Origin: Seison nebaliae | Taxonomy: Eukaryota | NCBI GenBank assembly: GCA_023231475.1 | Contig: JALJEE010000608.1 | Coordinates: forward strand, 1 to 36,264 | Reading direction: 5' to 3' | DNA: 36,264 nt | In this document: positions 14,814-27,016 of the stretch, piece after piece | Numbering within the stretch: position 1 is the stretch's first letter | Layout: each line of letters opens with the position of its first letter | The notes under the pieces: generated by a model | Databases searched by the model: none | The model's input: only the letters and a program-made list of their open reading frames with translations | Told to the model about the DNA's origin: nothing | Position numbers and translations under genes: made by a program

Positions 14814-16738
14814 ATGGCATCGGATTCAGATAATCGTGTCATATTAAATGTCGGTGGCATCCGCCATGAAACTTACAAAGCAACATTAAAAAAGATACCA
14901 GCAACACGTTTATCAAAATTATCTGAGAATCTTGCTAATTATGATGCACTTCTAAACGAATATTTCTTTGACAGACATCCTGGTGTATTCGGTCAAGTTA
15001 ATAAAGAATTTATTGTAAATTATTTATTGAATAAACTTCTTGTTAGGTATTGAATTATTATCGTACAGGAAAATTACATTATCCGACTGATGTGTGTGGA
15101 CCGTTGTTCGAAGAAGAACTAGAATTTTGGGGCCTGGATGCAAATCAAGTTGAACCATGCTGTTGGATGACGTATACACAACACAGAAATACACAAGAAA
15201 CATTGACAGTGTTAGATCGACTCGATTTAGATTCTGAAAAACCAACCGAAGAAGAGATCGCAAAAAAATTTGGTTGGGAAGATGATCGTGATTATCTGAA
15301 TGGAACGATGCCATGGTACAAAACAATAAAACCTAAAATTTGGCAATTATTCGACGAACCGTCATCATCACAGGCGGCAAGAGTTTGTGTCTTCTTTTTA
15401 CAATTCTATTATTTGATTATTGAATATTTATTCTACTTACAGGTTGTTGCTGGTATCAGTGTTCTGTTCATTGTTGTATCAATCTTATCGTTCTGTTTGA
15501 AGACGCATCCAGATTTGCGAGTTCCTCAATTAACTAATCGTACATTCCTTATTGATGGCAATAATACCTGGTCGTGGAAGATCGAGAAAGACACAACAAA
15601 ACCTCATGCCGTTTTCCTTTATATTGAGAGCATATGTAATGTATGGTTTACATTCGAAATAATTATCCGATTTATTGTTGCTCCATGTAAATTAACATTT
15701 ATGAAATCACCAGTGAATATTATTGATTTTGTTGCAACATTATCATTTTATATTGATTTACTCGTGTCCCGATTACAAATGAATCAGGATAATGAATTAT
15801 TAGAATTCATCTCAATCATTCGAATTATGAGACTATTGAAATTAACGAGACATTCATCCGGTTTAAAAATTCTTATTCATACATTCAAAGCAAGTATGAA
15901 AGAATTGACGTTATTGGTCTTCTTCCTCGTTATTGGAATCGTCATATTCGCTTCCTTAATGTACTATGCGGAGAGGACACAAGTTAATGAGAAAAACAAT
16001 TTTACAAGTATTCCCGTTGGCCTATGGTGGGCCATCGTTACCATGACAACCGTTGGTTATGGTGACATGGTACCCAGAACTTATTTGGGAATGTTAGTCG
16101 GTGGTGTTTGCGCCGTTATAGGTGTGTTGTGTATTGCATTACCAGTACCGGTAATTGTCTCCAATTTCGCAATGTATTATTCTCACACACAAGCGAGAAG
16201 CAAGTTACCGAAAAAACGCCGTCGTGTCTTACCGGTAGAAGCGGTGCGCCCAAAAACTATTCCGACAACGACCATATCAAACAAAATGTCAAAATTTGGT
16301 GGGAATACGAACAATAGTGCGAATAATATGGGAGTTGCTGCATTACCTCTCAAGATGTCGAATGCGATGCACAGAACTCCAATGATAATGCCATCAAATA
16401 CAAGTGGAGGTGCACCTCCATCAATTCATACGAATTCAAAGAAACATAATATTAATAAGAATAATGACAATAAATTAGAGAGTAAACGAAACTCGAAATC
16501 CGAAGGAAATCGAACGACAACTGGATTAGCTTCGGGTCTCCTATGTAATCCAGCCGCCACTATTAGTAATAAGAACAGTCAAGTTAAAGGATCGCCATTA
16601 ACATCGACATTACATGTGGAAACTGATGTTCGTACGGATTTTAAGATGGGAAATGAAACAACAAGGAAATACTCGACCAAAACTTTCAAGAATAATGAGA
16701 AAACTAATTCGAATGAACATCTCCTGGTAAAAATGTAA
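14814..16738 (+). CDS. Shaw: Shaw/Kv3-family voltage-gated K+ channel, paralog 2 (about 604 aa; exons 14814-14996, 15047-15382, 15443-16738)
   Basis: Same T1, S1-S6, TMTTVGYGD pore and PVP motifs as paralog 1. Introns 14997-15046 (GTTAAT..TAG) and 15383-15442 (GTTTGT..CAG) fall at the same codon positions as in paralog 1. Confidence 0.97.
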
Positions 16739-16875
16739 TTCCAAATTTCCATGTGATAATTACAATAAAAAAAGTTTTCAAAAAAAAGTCGATGTCCATT
16801 GAAGAAAATCTGACTAAAAAGATAAAATAAATGTGTTGGAAACTTGATTAACATCATTGGCAACATCATCCGGTG

Positions 16876-16913
16876 AATGAATTTGATGAATCGATTTTAT
16901 CATCAAATTCATT
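16876..16913. repeat. Perfect 14-bp inverted repeat (hairpin) downstream of Shaw paralog 2
   Basis: AATGAATTTGATGA (16876-16889), a 10-nt loop, then TCATCAAATTCATT (16900-16913). Confidence 0.75.
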
Positions 16914-17669
16914 TTGAATTTATGATAATATAAAAATTGATTCAAAAAGGTTTATTGATGTCAACAATGATTGATAATATGAATCTGGAGACATCTATTT
17001 CTCATAATTATTGCAATCTTGCCGATAATCTCGATAGTTCAATCAATAGAATTATTCATTTAGACTATCATTCTTCCTCGAATATACAAATTTCCAGTCA
17101 AATCAATATTCTCATCATTGTCAGAACCATCCAAAAAAATATATATATATTCATAATGCTGGTTGCGATATGGATGGATGGAATGCAAATCGAACTATTG
17201 TAAATGAATTCAAATCGTTTATTGTTTGAATTCTTCTTCTAAATATATTGTTTCTCATTCTCTATCTCTCTTTTCATTTTCCATTTGAAACCGATAAATC
17301 TTCATAATAATCTTTTTCAAACTTATTTCTCTATTTTCTTTTGAATTTCTGCTCTCTTTCTGGAAAAATAAAATCTTTAGATTCAAAAAATCATTTTCTA
17401 ACAACACAGGACACTCTTGACACTTTTAGAGAAATAATTCTTATTGAGATTATACGAAGGAAATACAGGTAGAAAGGGAAAGTTTCAAATCGATTGTTTA
17501 TTCGATTTATTTACATTTCCATCATTTCATGATCGCTGACCGTTTGGTAGTTGTGTGAAAAAAAAAATTAATTAGACAAGAAAAAAAAACATTCGATTAA
17601 ATTTTATTTTCAGTAAATAAATTTTAAATCATTCACTTCTCTTCTCAATGAAAATTAATTGATGAGAGA

Positions 17670-17954
17670 ATGTATAATTTTTCTTATGAGGATCATCGAA
17701 ACGATTCACAACGTCGTTCGCTTACCAATTCGATAGGTGACTTTGGTAATTTTTCAAGAAATATGTCAAGCGAAGGATCAACTTTGAAATTACAGGATTG
17801 GAACCGATTCTTCGAAAGGAGGAAACGATCAGGAAAAAACGAAGAAAATGATGAGAATAAATTGAAGGATGGTTCGTTCACCATCGATGCAATCATTATC
17901 CTTTCCATTATATGGATTCTTATCATTATTATTATTCTATTTTCTTTCTTGTAA
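17670..17954 (+). CDS. Hypothetical 94-aa tail-anchored membrane microprotein
   Basis: ATG-initiated ORF with a hydrophilic N-terminus and one very hydrophobic C-terminal segment (AIIILSIIWILIIIIILFSFL-stop). An acceptor-like TTTTCAG lies upstream at 17607-17613. No recognised homolog. Confidence 0.55.
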   Translation: MYNFSYEDHRNDSQRRSLTNSIGDFGNFSRNMSSEGSTLKLQDWNRFFERRKRSGKNEENDENKLKDGSFTIDAIIILSIIWILIIIIILFSFL

Positions 17955-17985
17955 AGATCCCAGTTTCCTCAAATTAATTAATAGT

Positions 17986-19540
17986 TCAAATTCTTCTCCG
18001 TTTCTTATTTGGATTGACAAATAAATCTTTATTTCCACCACCAAATCTTTTCGTCAGATTCTTCTCTAAACTCTTCTCGAATAATGGTTTCTCAATTTTT
18101 GTCGTATCTTCATTCGTCAAATGAGTATATTTAGTTTGACTTGCCTTACCAAAATTCTTCTTTTGCATTATTTGTGGCAATGTCGACTTGTCGAACAAAT
18201 CGTCCAATGTCGGTTCCATGGCATTTCGGTTAACAATCTCTTCTTCTTCATCCAGAAAGAAAGCACCACGATGATAATATTTTTGAAGGAACTTTATCTT
18301 TCCTTTCTTCTGAACATTTGTTCTCACTTTTTTAAAACCGATTCGATTCCGTTCTTCTTCTGTCATATCTCTCAATTCTTCTCGTTCTATTTTACTTCTT
18401 TCAATTTCCATCTCTTTCTCTCGTTCACGATTTATTCTCCCTAATTCACGTTCTCGCCATGCTGCTATTGATGCTTCATCATCTGAATCATCGTCCGTTA
18501 AAAAATCACATTGAACTTCAATTCCGTTTAATTTCAATGTTGTCTTCTCCGTCGTCAATTTTTCTTCTTCCTCCTTCTTAATTTTCACGACAATCGATCG
18601 CGTCTCCAACATTCGTGCTTTAATTCGTTGTTTCTCTTCTTTCTCCTTATTCTTCTTCTTCTCTTCTTCTATCTCCTTTTCCATCAATGTAATTCTTTCA
18701 CTCTTCTTAATGAAGACCGGTTTCATCTTTAAATGATTTGTTCCGTAAAAATGATTTGTAGAAGAATCTTCTTCTTCGTCTTCTTCTTCTTCTTCTTCAT
18801 CTTCGTCACTATCATCTTCTTCTTCAGATGATGATGATGATGATGATGACTCCACCAATTTTCCTTCTTCATCTGATTTATTTAATGTTAAATCTTTTGA
18901 ATTATTTTTCGATTCAATTAATTCTTTCCTTTGATTATCCATAACTTCCGAATTCAATTGTCGTATACGTGATTTCATCGGTTTAACTTTCACATTTCTA
19001 TTATCACTATCATTCTCATCCGTCTCATCCGTCTCATCTTCACTATTATCATCGTTATCAGAACTGGATTCTGATGATACATCTTCATCGTCATCATCCT
19101 CCACAATTTGTGGTTGTACACGTCGTCGTAGTAATCGTTGTGCACGAGGATCATTCAATTCAGCTTCTTTTACATTATCTAGATCAATTTCTTTCTCTTC
19201 TTCAACGTTCAAACGACGACGGACGTCGACAGAATCAAATGTCGAAATATAATTTTGATTTAATCCTTCAAATCTCTTCTTTGGAATCGATTTCTTTTCA
19301 TTATTCTCATAATCAATCTTCTTCAAACTTGTTCCTTTCTTCTCTTCTCCATCACCAATCGATTCAGGACCTCTATACCATCAGAATTATAAATGAGTGA
19401 ATAAATTATATTTAATTATAAAGAAAAAAAGTAATTAACTTTCCTGGAAAATATCGTTTTATTCTCACTTTCTTCATAGTGAATCCACCCTTGGGATTCG
19501 GCACCTGAATCGCACCAGCTGTTGATAATTGTGAACTCAT
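17986..19540 (-). CDS. MFAP1: Microfibrillar-associated protein 1 (spliceosomal B-complex factor, Spp381 family), about 495 aa; exons 19540-19440 and 19372-17986
   Basis: N-terminal STAGAIQVPNPKG..MKKVRIKRYFPGK and C-terminal AWRERELGRI..KGKIKFLQKYYHRGAFF..PTLDDLFDKSTLPQIMQKKNFG..QTKYTHLTNEDTT match MFAP1. Intron 19439-19373 (GTTAAT..TAG). Confidence 0.95.
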
Positions 19541-20630
19541 TCTTTCCGATTAATTGTGAAATAAGAAATCGAAATTGATATTGTTTTGATAAATTGCATA
19601 AATTAATTAATTATTTTAATCATTGTCGTTGCTTTGAATTTGAAAAAAATTGAATTTAAAATAATCTTCTGAGTCGTATAACGGTCGTTTTAATAAGTCA
19701 ATTCGAATTGAAAACTTAGAAGTTAAATTAATTAAATGAAACTGTCTTAACAAATAATCATATTAATATATATGACGAAAATAGAATAATTTAACTTAAT
19801 GTCGATTTTCAATGGTAACCTTTCTAATAATCAATAAGCTTTCCTCTTAAATTTAATAGTTAACTTACTAACATTTCAAACGAAATAAATTGGAAGTTGT
19901 AACTGAAATCTGAAATTTTTTGTCTATGAATAATTCCAATAATCATTCGCTATTTTATAGCAATTTTTCTTTTTTTTAAAGAATGAATTTGAAAATGCCC
20001 GATTATGTTATTTGTCAGTTTAGTTATCGGAGAGGAGAGATGTGGATGTCCAAGAAAATTTTGAAGACCTTCTACCCAATTTGGAGGGTGAAAGTTTAGG
20101 AATTTTTCCGAATAAAATTAGTATTAAATAGTTGATCGAAATGAAAAATTTTAAAAATTTTCTTCACAATCGATGAGGTTCTCCCCTAAAGCTTATGTTT
20201 ATCTCCAAATTTTTTTTTCTATATTTTATTGAATTGAGAGAATGAAGAAATGAGAATTATGAGAGAAGAATTCCGCTTAATGTCTATGTGTCCATGGAGA
20301 ATAGAGCAATTCTGTTGATGAGAAGAGATCAATTTGAATTGTTGCGCAGAATATCCAAAAATAAATGGAATCAGTTAAATTTGAAGATGATTCAATTAAA
20401 ATTTTCCTCTCTCATTCATTCTTCTCCTAATAATTTGACTTTTTTGAAGTTTTATCATTCTTCTTAGATATTCATTCATCAGAAGACGAACCACATCATT
20501 CCATTGTTATTATAAGAAGGTTATTGGGTGACAAATTGGAATCGGAGAAGGGAATTGTCGATTGATCGAACTATCGAATGATCATCAGACGAATAATGAG
20601 AAAGTATTGAAAAGGCATATTAAGATTATA
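19541..20630. promoter_or_regulatory. Head-to-head intergenic region between MFAP1 and CBP (probable bidirectional promoter and 5' UTRs)
   Basis: Inferred only from the divergent start codons at 19540(-) and 20631(+). No specific element identified. Confidence 0.4.
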
Positions 20631-23600
20631 ATGATGGCAACAGATCAGCAAGTGAAATGCAACGGTCCTTCTCAAACTAAAAGATTACGAGAAGAAGTTT
20701 CTAATTTATCGACACCTGTACAGCATCATACAAGTTTCATTTGTTATTTTATTAAAAAACTTTTTTAATTTCATTTATTTGGAAAGATGAAGTGATTGAA
20801 AATGGACAATATCATCCTCAGAACAATAGTTCATTTATTGCTCCTCCCTCTAACTATCAAGTACCTAGTCAATTATATCTGCAACTCGTTCAACAACAAC
20901 ATCCACAACAATTACATCCAAACTTTCATCCAATGAATTCGAATGATGTTCGAATAATGCAACAACAACAGCAACCAGGTACGACACCGGCTAATACACC
21001 TCATCAATTATCGAATAATTTTAATCAATCATCTCAATCATCATCAACACAGCAATCACAACAACCGATACCGGTACAACGACCACCATCTCGAATCCAT
21101 CAACCATTATCAAATCCACCGATTGACAATAATTCCAATGGTCCTCTATTGACATCCACACCAATTGCCAATATGAATAGTAACAATTCTGTGAAAAGCA
21201 ACAACAACAACGTGAACAATACGAATAGTGTAATGATGAATAATAATAATGGTCGACCGGCAAATACGGTAATGACAATGAATCAAGCACGATTATCTGA
21301 TCGTTTTCAAGAAGCGTTTTCACTCGTTCGACAATTGGTCCAGATAATTCATTCTCAGAAATGTTTATTAATTGACCGATCGAAATCAGTGAATCATTGC
21401 AATCAAGCATTTTGTCCACAGCTCAAAGATCTTCTCATTCACATGGAACAATGTAAACAGAGAACGAATTGTAATCGTAATCATTGTACATCTGTCAGAA
21501 GACTATTGTTACATTGGAGGACATGTAATGGACGTTGTGATGTTTGTGCTGTTCTAATGACACGTTCACACGAACACATATTAGCTCAACCTTATCAGCC
21601 GATTAATTATGGAAATAATATGAATAATATGACACCGCCACTCAGTGCACAACAACAGCAAATGAATGCCACAAATAACATCCATCAACGAACTACGAAA
21701 GACAGAACGCCTTCGATTCCCGCATTCGTTAAACGGAAAGACATTACTGAAATTAATGATAAGAAGTGGCATGCACATGTCAATATTGAAGCGCGAACTC
21801 ATTTGGTGAATAAGATCATTTCAACAATCTTCCCAGATAATTGTCAAATAATACCAAATGATGCACGACTACCAAAGATCATCAATTATGCCAAGGCTGT
21901 TGAGCATCGTGTCTTTTCGGAAGAAGGTGATCGTAATAATTATTTCCGGAGATTAGCCGAAACCATTTTCCGAATTAAACAAGCCGTTGTGGAGAAGAAG
22001 TCGAGTATCAAAAATGTTGATGATGTAAGGAAAGTGATTATTAATGATAATCCACCAAATCATCCAATACCAAATAATGATATAGATCAAAAAATGAAAA
22101 TTATCGATAATACCATACCATTATCTACTACCATCATTACATCTGTCTCACAAATCACTACCACATCTACATCTATCATTAATTCTAATTGTGATACTTC
22201 AGTCACCATCTCCACATCAGTCACAACCGTCTCCTCTACATCGATGGAGTTGACACCAGCCAAAACCACCACCGTTTCCAAGACAATAACGGGAATGAAG
22301 GAATTGACGAAGAAGATTGCTGATTTGAGTTTTAAGAAGAAAATTTTCTTGAAAGAAGTTATCATAAAACATTTCTCACCAATAATCGACCGTTTATTCA
22401 ACATGCCCGAATCTGATGAATTTCGAGAGCCTGTCAATTGGCAAGATTTGAAAATTCCTGATTATCCGAAAATTATAAAAAATCCTATGGATTTGGGAAC
22501 GATTCGGAAACGCATCTTCGATGGATATTATGAAACGCCAGATAAAGTGGTGGATGATTTATGGTTAACTTTCCACAATGCTTGGATGTTCAATCGAAAA
22601 GGTCAGAGAGTTTACAAGAAATGTTCGCGATTGGCTGAAGAATTCGAAATGATAATTGATGAACCATTAAAGAATTTAGGTTATTGCTGTGGTCGTGATC
22701 ATCAATTCATGCCACAAGTATTGATGTGTTATGGACAAAATATGTCTTGTTCAATACCGAAAGATGGAACATATTATTTATGGAAGAATAATCATGTTAA
22801 TCAAGAGAATTTGGCTAATGAGAATTATATGTTCTGTGCCAAATGTTTCGAAGCAATTCATTCACCTGTCATCGCTTTAGGTGATGATCTTTCACAAGCA
22901 TTAGTAGAAGTGAATAAAGACGAATTCATAAAGAAGACGAATGATCAAATGGAAAAAGAAGAATTTGTTTTTTGTAAAATTTGTGGACGACGTAGTCATC
23001 GAATTTGTGTTCTTCATCTCGAACAGATCGAAGGCTTCTACATTTGTAAGAGTTGTGTTGATGACAGACAAGTTAAACGGCAACGGAATGAATTCCGTGC
23101 TAGAGGTTTAACTCATTTATTATAATAAATTATTTAAAGATTTGAATAAATTATTTTAAGATTTACCAAAAACCGAATTGAGTTCATTATTAGAAAGAAA
23201 AGTGAACGAGGAAGCAAATGCCATTGAAGGACGTGTCATTATTCGTGTTCTATCGTCTGTTGACAAACATGTTGAAGTTAATTTGATTAGAAAAATTTAT
23301 TTTCTTTCATTCTTCTTCGAAAGGTTCGTCCATTAATGCGACAACAATTCCCACAATTTCCTTTAAAATTTCCTTATCGTGCGAAAGCGATCTTCGCTTT
23401 TCAGGAACATGACAATGTCGATATTGTTTTTTTCGCCTTATTAGTTCAAGAATATGGAAGTGAATGTCCCGAACCAAATTCTCGGTTATATTTCATTCGA
23501 TTTGTTTGCTCCTAATGATTATTTCCAATTCTCTTAGACGAGTATATGTCTCATATTTGGATTCGGTTCATTATTTTCGAAGGAAACAATATCGGACGAG

Positions 23601-25134
23601 TTTGTATCATAAAATTCTCATTCATTATTTGGAACATGTAAAATCATTGGGATTTCGATATGCTCATATTTGGGCTTGTCCTCCATCAGAAGGTGACGAT
23701 TATATTTTCCATTCGCATCCACCTGAACAGAAAACGCCAAAACAAAAACGATTATGTGAATGGTATATTACCATGTGTCTGATGGCACAATTACAAGGAG
23801 CGATAGTTTGGAAGAAGGACATCTCTCAATATTTGGAAGACAAAGAAAATCTCGCCACTAAAATGCCATATTTCGAAGGAGATTTCTGGCCGTCCACTTT
23901 AGAAGAATGTATCAAAGAAGTGGAGGATGAAAAGGAACGATTGAAGAAAGAGATGGATGAAGGTAATAATGGTTTTGATGATGATAATTCGCCCAACATG
24001 ATGAATTCGATGAATGATCAAAAGAAATTCGGGAGAAGTTTATCGAAGAGTAAAAAGAATAAAAAGAATTCATTGTCGAAGAATAGTCGTTCTGGTGGGA
24101 AGAAGCGACAAGCAGTTGTTCAATGTGATCTTAATTTGAAAGTGAAGAGTGTAGTGGAGAAACATGCTAGTGTCTTCTTTGTTATTTGTCTTATCGATCC
24201 GCCAAGTGCACAAAATCTCGGTCCCATTCGTGATCCTGATCCGACGATGCATTGTGACTTAATGGATGGAAGAGATGTTTTCTTATCGACTTGTCGAGAG
24301 AAGCATTTGGAATTCTCATCGTTGAGACGTACGAAATTTTCGACGATGTCATTATTGCAAATCATTGCTATTCAAAATAATCATGATAGTGCAAACTTCA
24401 ATTGTAACGAATGTAAAATTCAAATGAAAGATCGATTCCACTGTACCAAATGTGACGATTTCGATTTGTGTACTTTCTGCCATCAATATGTGAAGCATGA
24501 ACACAAATTGGAATTCTGTTCAATTCAAGCAAGTACGAAATCGTTGGCAGACAAGAATGAAGTACTTCATATGGCACAAGAAGCGATCGTCCATGTTGCA
24601 CGATGTAAAAATGCAAATTGTCAGAGACATCTCTGTAGTCAAATCAAGAAGATTATGCGACATAGAGAAGTGTGTAAGCGGAGTGAAGCATGTCATGCTT
24701 GTCGTCGTCTGATGTCGATAGTGAAGACGCATGCTGAGAATTGTCCATTGGAAGGAGATTCTTGTCCAGTTTTGAAATGTGCCGAACAAAAGGCGAAATT
24801 ACGTCGTACTCGAGCGGCGGATCAAGCCATTACTAGACGTCGAATGAAAGGAATGAATCAGTTAATGAAAGGTACATCGAGTCATAATAATAGTACGAGT
24901 ACAACGGCTAGTACACCGTCAGCAAGAAATTCACCGTCATATGGTGGAAATGGAAATGATTCGAAATATGGAACGAAAGAATCAGCAGAAGTTGTACATC
25001 AACAAATGGGGAAACAAAATCATTCGATGAAAAATAATCAGAGAAATAATAATGATATAAATAATAATAATAATAAAGGTGGAGGAACATTTATGAGAGA
25101 TAATAATAATAATGGCCGAAGTAAAGATATGAGA

Positions 25135-25174
<40 letters not shown>

Positions 25175-26040
25175 TTAAAAACAATAATAATAATAATAAT
25201 AATAATAAGCAATCATTAACTTCTTCATCATCTTGTAATAAACCAAATTTTATACAACATCCCAACAATAACAATAATAATAATAATAATAATAATATGA
25301 TATATAATAATCGTCCAATAAATAATAATTCTAATGGAATGATGGATGTTAGATCTCCTGGAATGAGTAATCATTTAAATCCAAATAATACTCATAATAT
25401 TCCAAATAATAACAACAATAATGGTAATCATATGAATGTCAATTTGAGTAATCAGATTGCGAATGGAAATATGAATTATTCTTCTATCAAAACACAACAA
25501 CAACCAAAATTCTCTCCGAATTTTTCTAATCAAGCTTATTATGCATCAAATCGAATGCCTCAACAGCAACAACAACAGCAGCAACAGCAACTGCATTCTC
25601 AGCAACAACCTCAACCACCACCACAACCATACGGAATATATCACCAGAAACCGAATTTTTCATCACCTTTTATAGGCCATCAGAATCCGATGAATTATGG
25701 GAACATGGGACAAATGCATGGGCAAAATCCATCGAGAATGATGGCTCCCAACAGTCATATGCAGGATAATCATCCCATCAGACCACAACAAATGGTGAAG
25801 CAGGAGCCGGGAATGTATGGCGTTCAACAAATGCCAAATCATCCTCATCATCCACAACCACCTCAAAACTATCCGACCCATCCACAAATGGTGAATAATG
25901 GTAATTCGATGATGATGAATGGGAATGCTTATAATTCTGGAATTTATATGAATAACACTAATAGTATGGTGAACAATGCAAATATGAAAACTAAAGTCAT
26001 CAATAACAACAACAATAATAACAACATGAATAACAAATAA
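20631..26040 (+). CDS. CREBBP: CREB-binding protein / p300 histone acetyltransferase, about 1733 aa; exons 20631-20733, 20787-23105, 23161-23276, 23324-23484, 23538-26040
   Basis: TAZ1, KIX (KKWHAHV..RTHLVNKI), bromodomain (IPDYPKIIKNPMDL..NAWMFNRK), RING/PHD, HAT (YLDSVHYF, HIWACPPSEGDDYIFH, RLCEWY, PYFEGDFWP), ZZ and TAZ2 occur in canonical order. Four GTT..AG introns (20734-20786, 23106-23160, 23277-23323, 23485-23537) give one continuous frame. Confidence 0.97.
25138..25296 (+). repeat. (AAT)n microsatellite runs encoding poly-Asn in the CBP C-terminal tail
   Basis: Twelve uninterrupted AAT at 25138-25173 plus further AAT/AAC runs, all in frame with CBP. Confidence 0.9.
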
Positions 26041-26065
26041 ATCAATTCAGTCATTCTTATTACTT

Positions 26066-26108
26066 TACACACATACACACATACACACACAAAACAAACA
26101 AACAACAA
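26066..26108. repeat. Interrupted (AC)n followed by (AAAC)n microsatellite in the CBP 3' region
   Basis: acacacatacacacatacacacacaaaacaaacaaac read directly from the sequence. Confidence 0.7.
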
Positions 26109-27016
26109 CTATTTATCTGAACTAATAAAATATATATATAAATTTTATTTATATTATTCCTTTCCTCAATCATTTCTACTCTTCCTTTTTATTCATCATT
26201 TTCATCTCGTTCCTTCTCCGTCTTCATCCACAAAAGCCCATCATTCACCAACTTCAATAAAAAGAAAATCGTTTCCAACTAATTCCCAAAATAACTAATT
26301 CGGTTATTGCATCGATTGTTTTATTAAATCGTCTGCAGAATATCTCATATTCTTTATTATTACAATTAAACTTTCTCTTCCTTTACACATCAACATTATC
26401 ATCACACACACTCTCCATCATTCGTATCAATTATCGATCTTCTCATTACTTCACTTCTTTTTCCCTTCTCGTTGTATTTTATTTTCTGTTCTCCACTTTC
26501 ATTTTCCTTCGATTTTGATTTCTCTCATTTCCGACGAGAATTCTGTCAGACATACAAACTACTTTCGTTAAAACTTCTTTCACATCATCATCATCATTAT
26601 CATCATCTTCATCACTACTATATGTTCTAGTTTAATTAAAATCAATATTATTCAACTGGAATTTTTGTTAAAGTTTCTTTCTTTTATGTTTCCTCTTTTT
26701 TTTCATATTCCTATTTCTTTTGGATTACAGAAATGAATTTTTTTTATTTTCTTCTTTCTTCTCGTAACAATGCTGAATTGTTATCGTTCATCGAAACTTT
26801 AAATAATCAATCATAACATCATAACCTGATGGTGTCTGAATCATCAAATTGGAAATATGTGATTTATATCAGCCATATTCTTCCAAAGCGTCCCCCCTTT
26901 TTTCACACTCTATATATATAATTTTCATATTTTAATTTATTTTTAATTTATTCTACTTATATTAATCTAATTAAATTATAATTATATTCTCGTCTCTCTC
27001 TACATTTTTCTTCCAT

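Noticed and set aside
18121..25887. Antisense and alternate-frame ORFs over MFAP1 and CBP (poly-Ile, poly-Leu, poly-His products)
   Set aside because: They are shadows of low-complexity coding repeats on the real strand.
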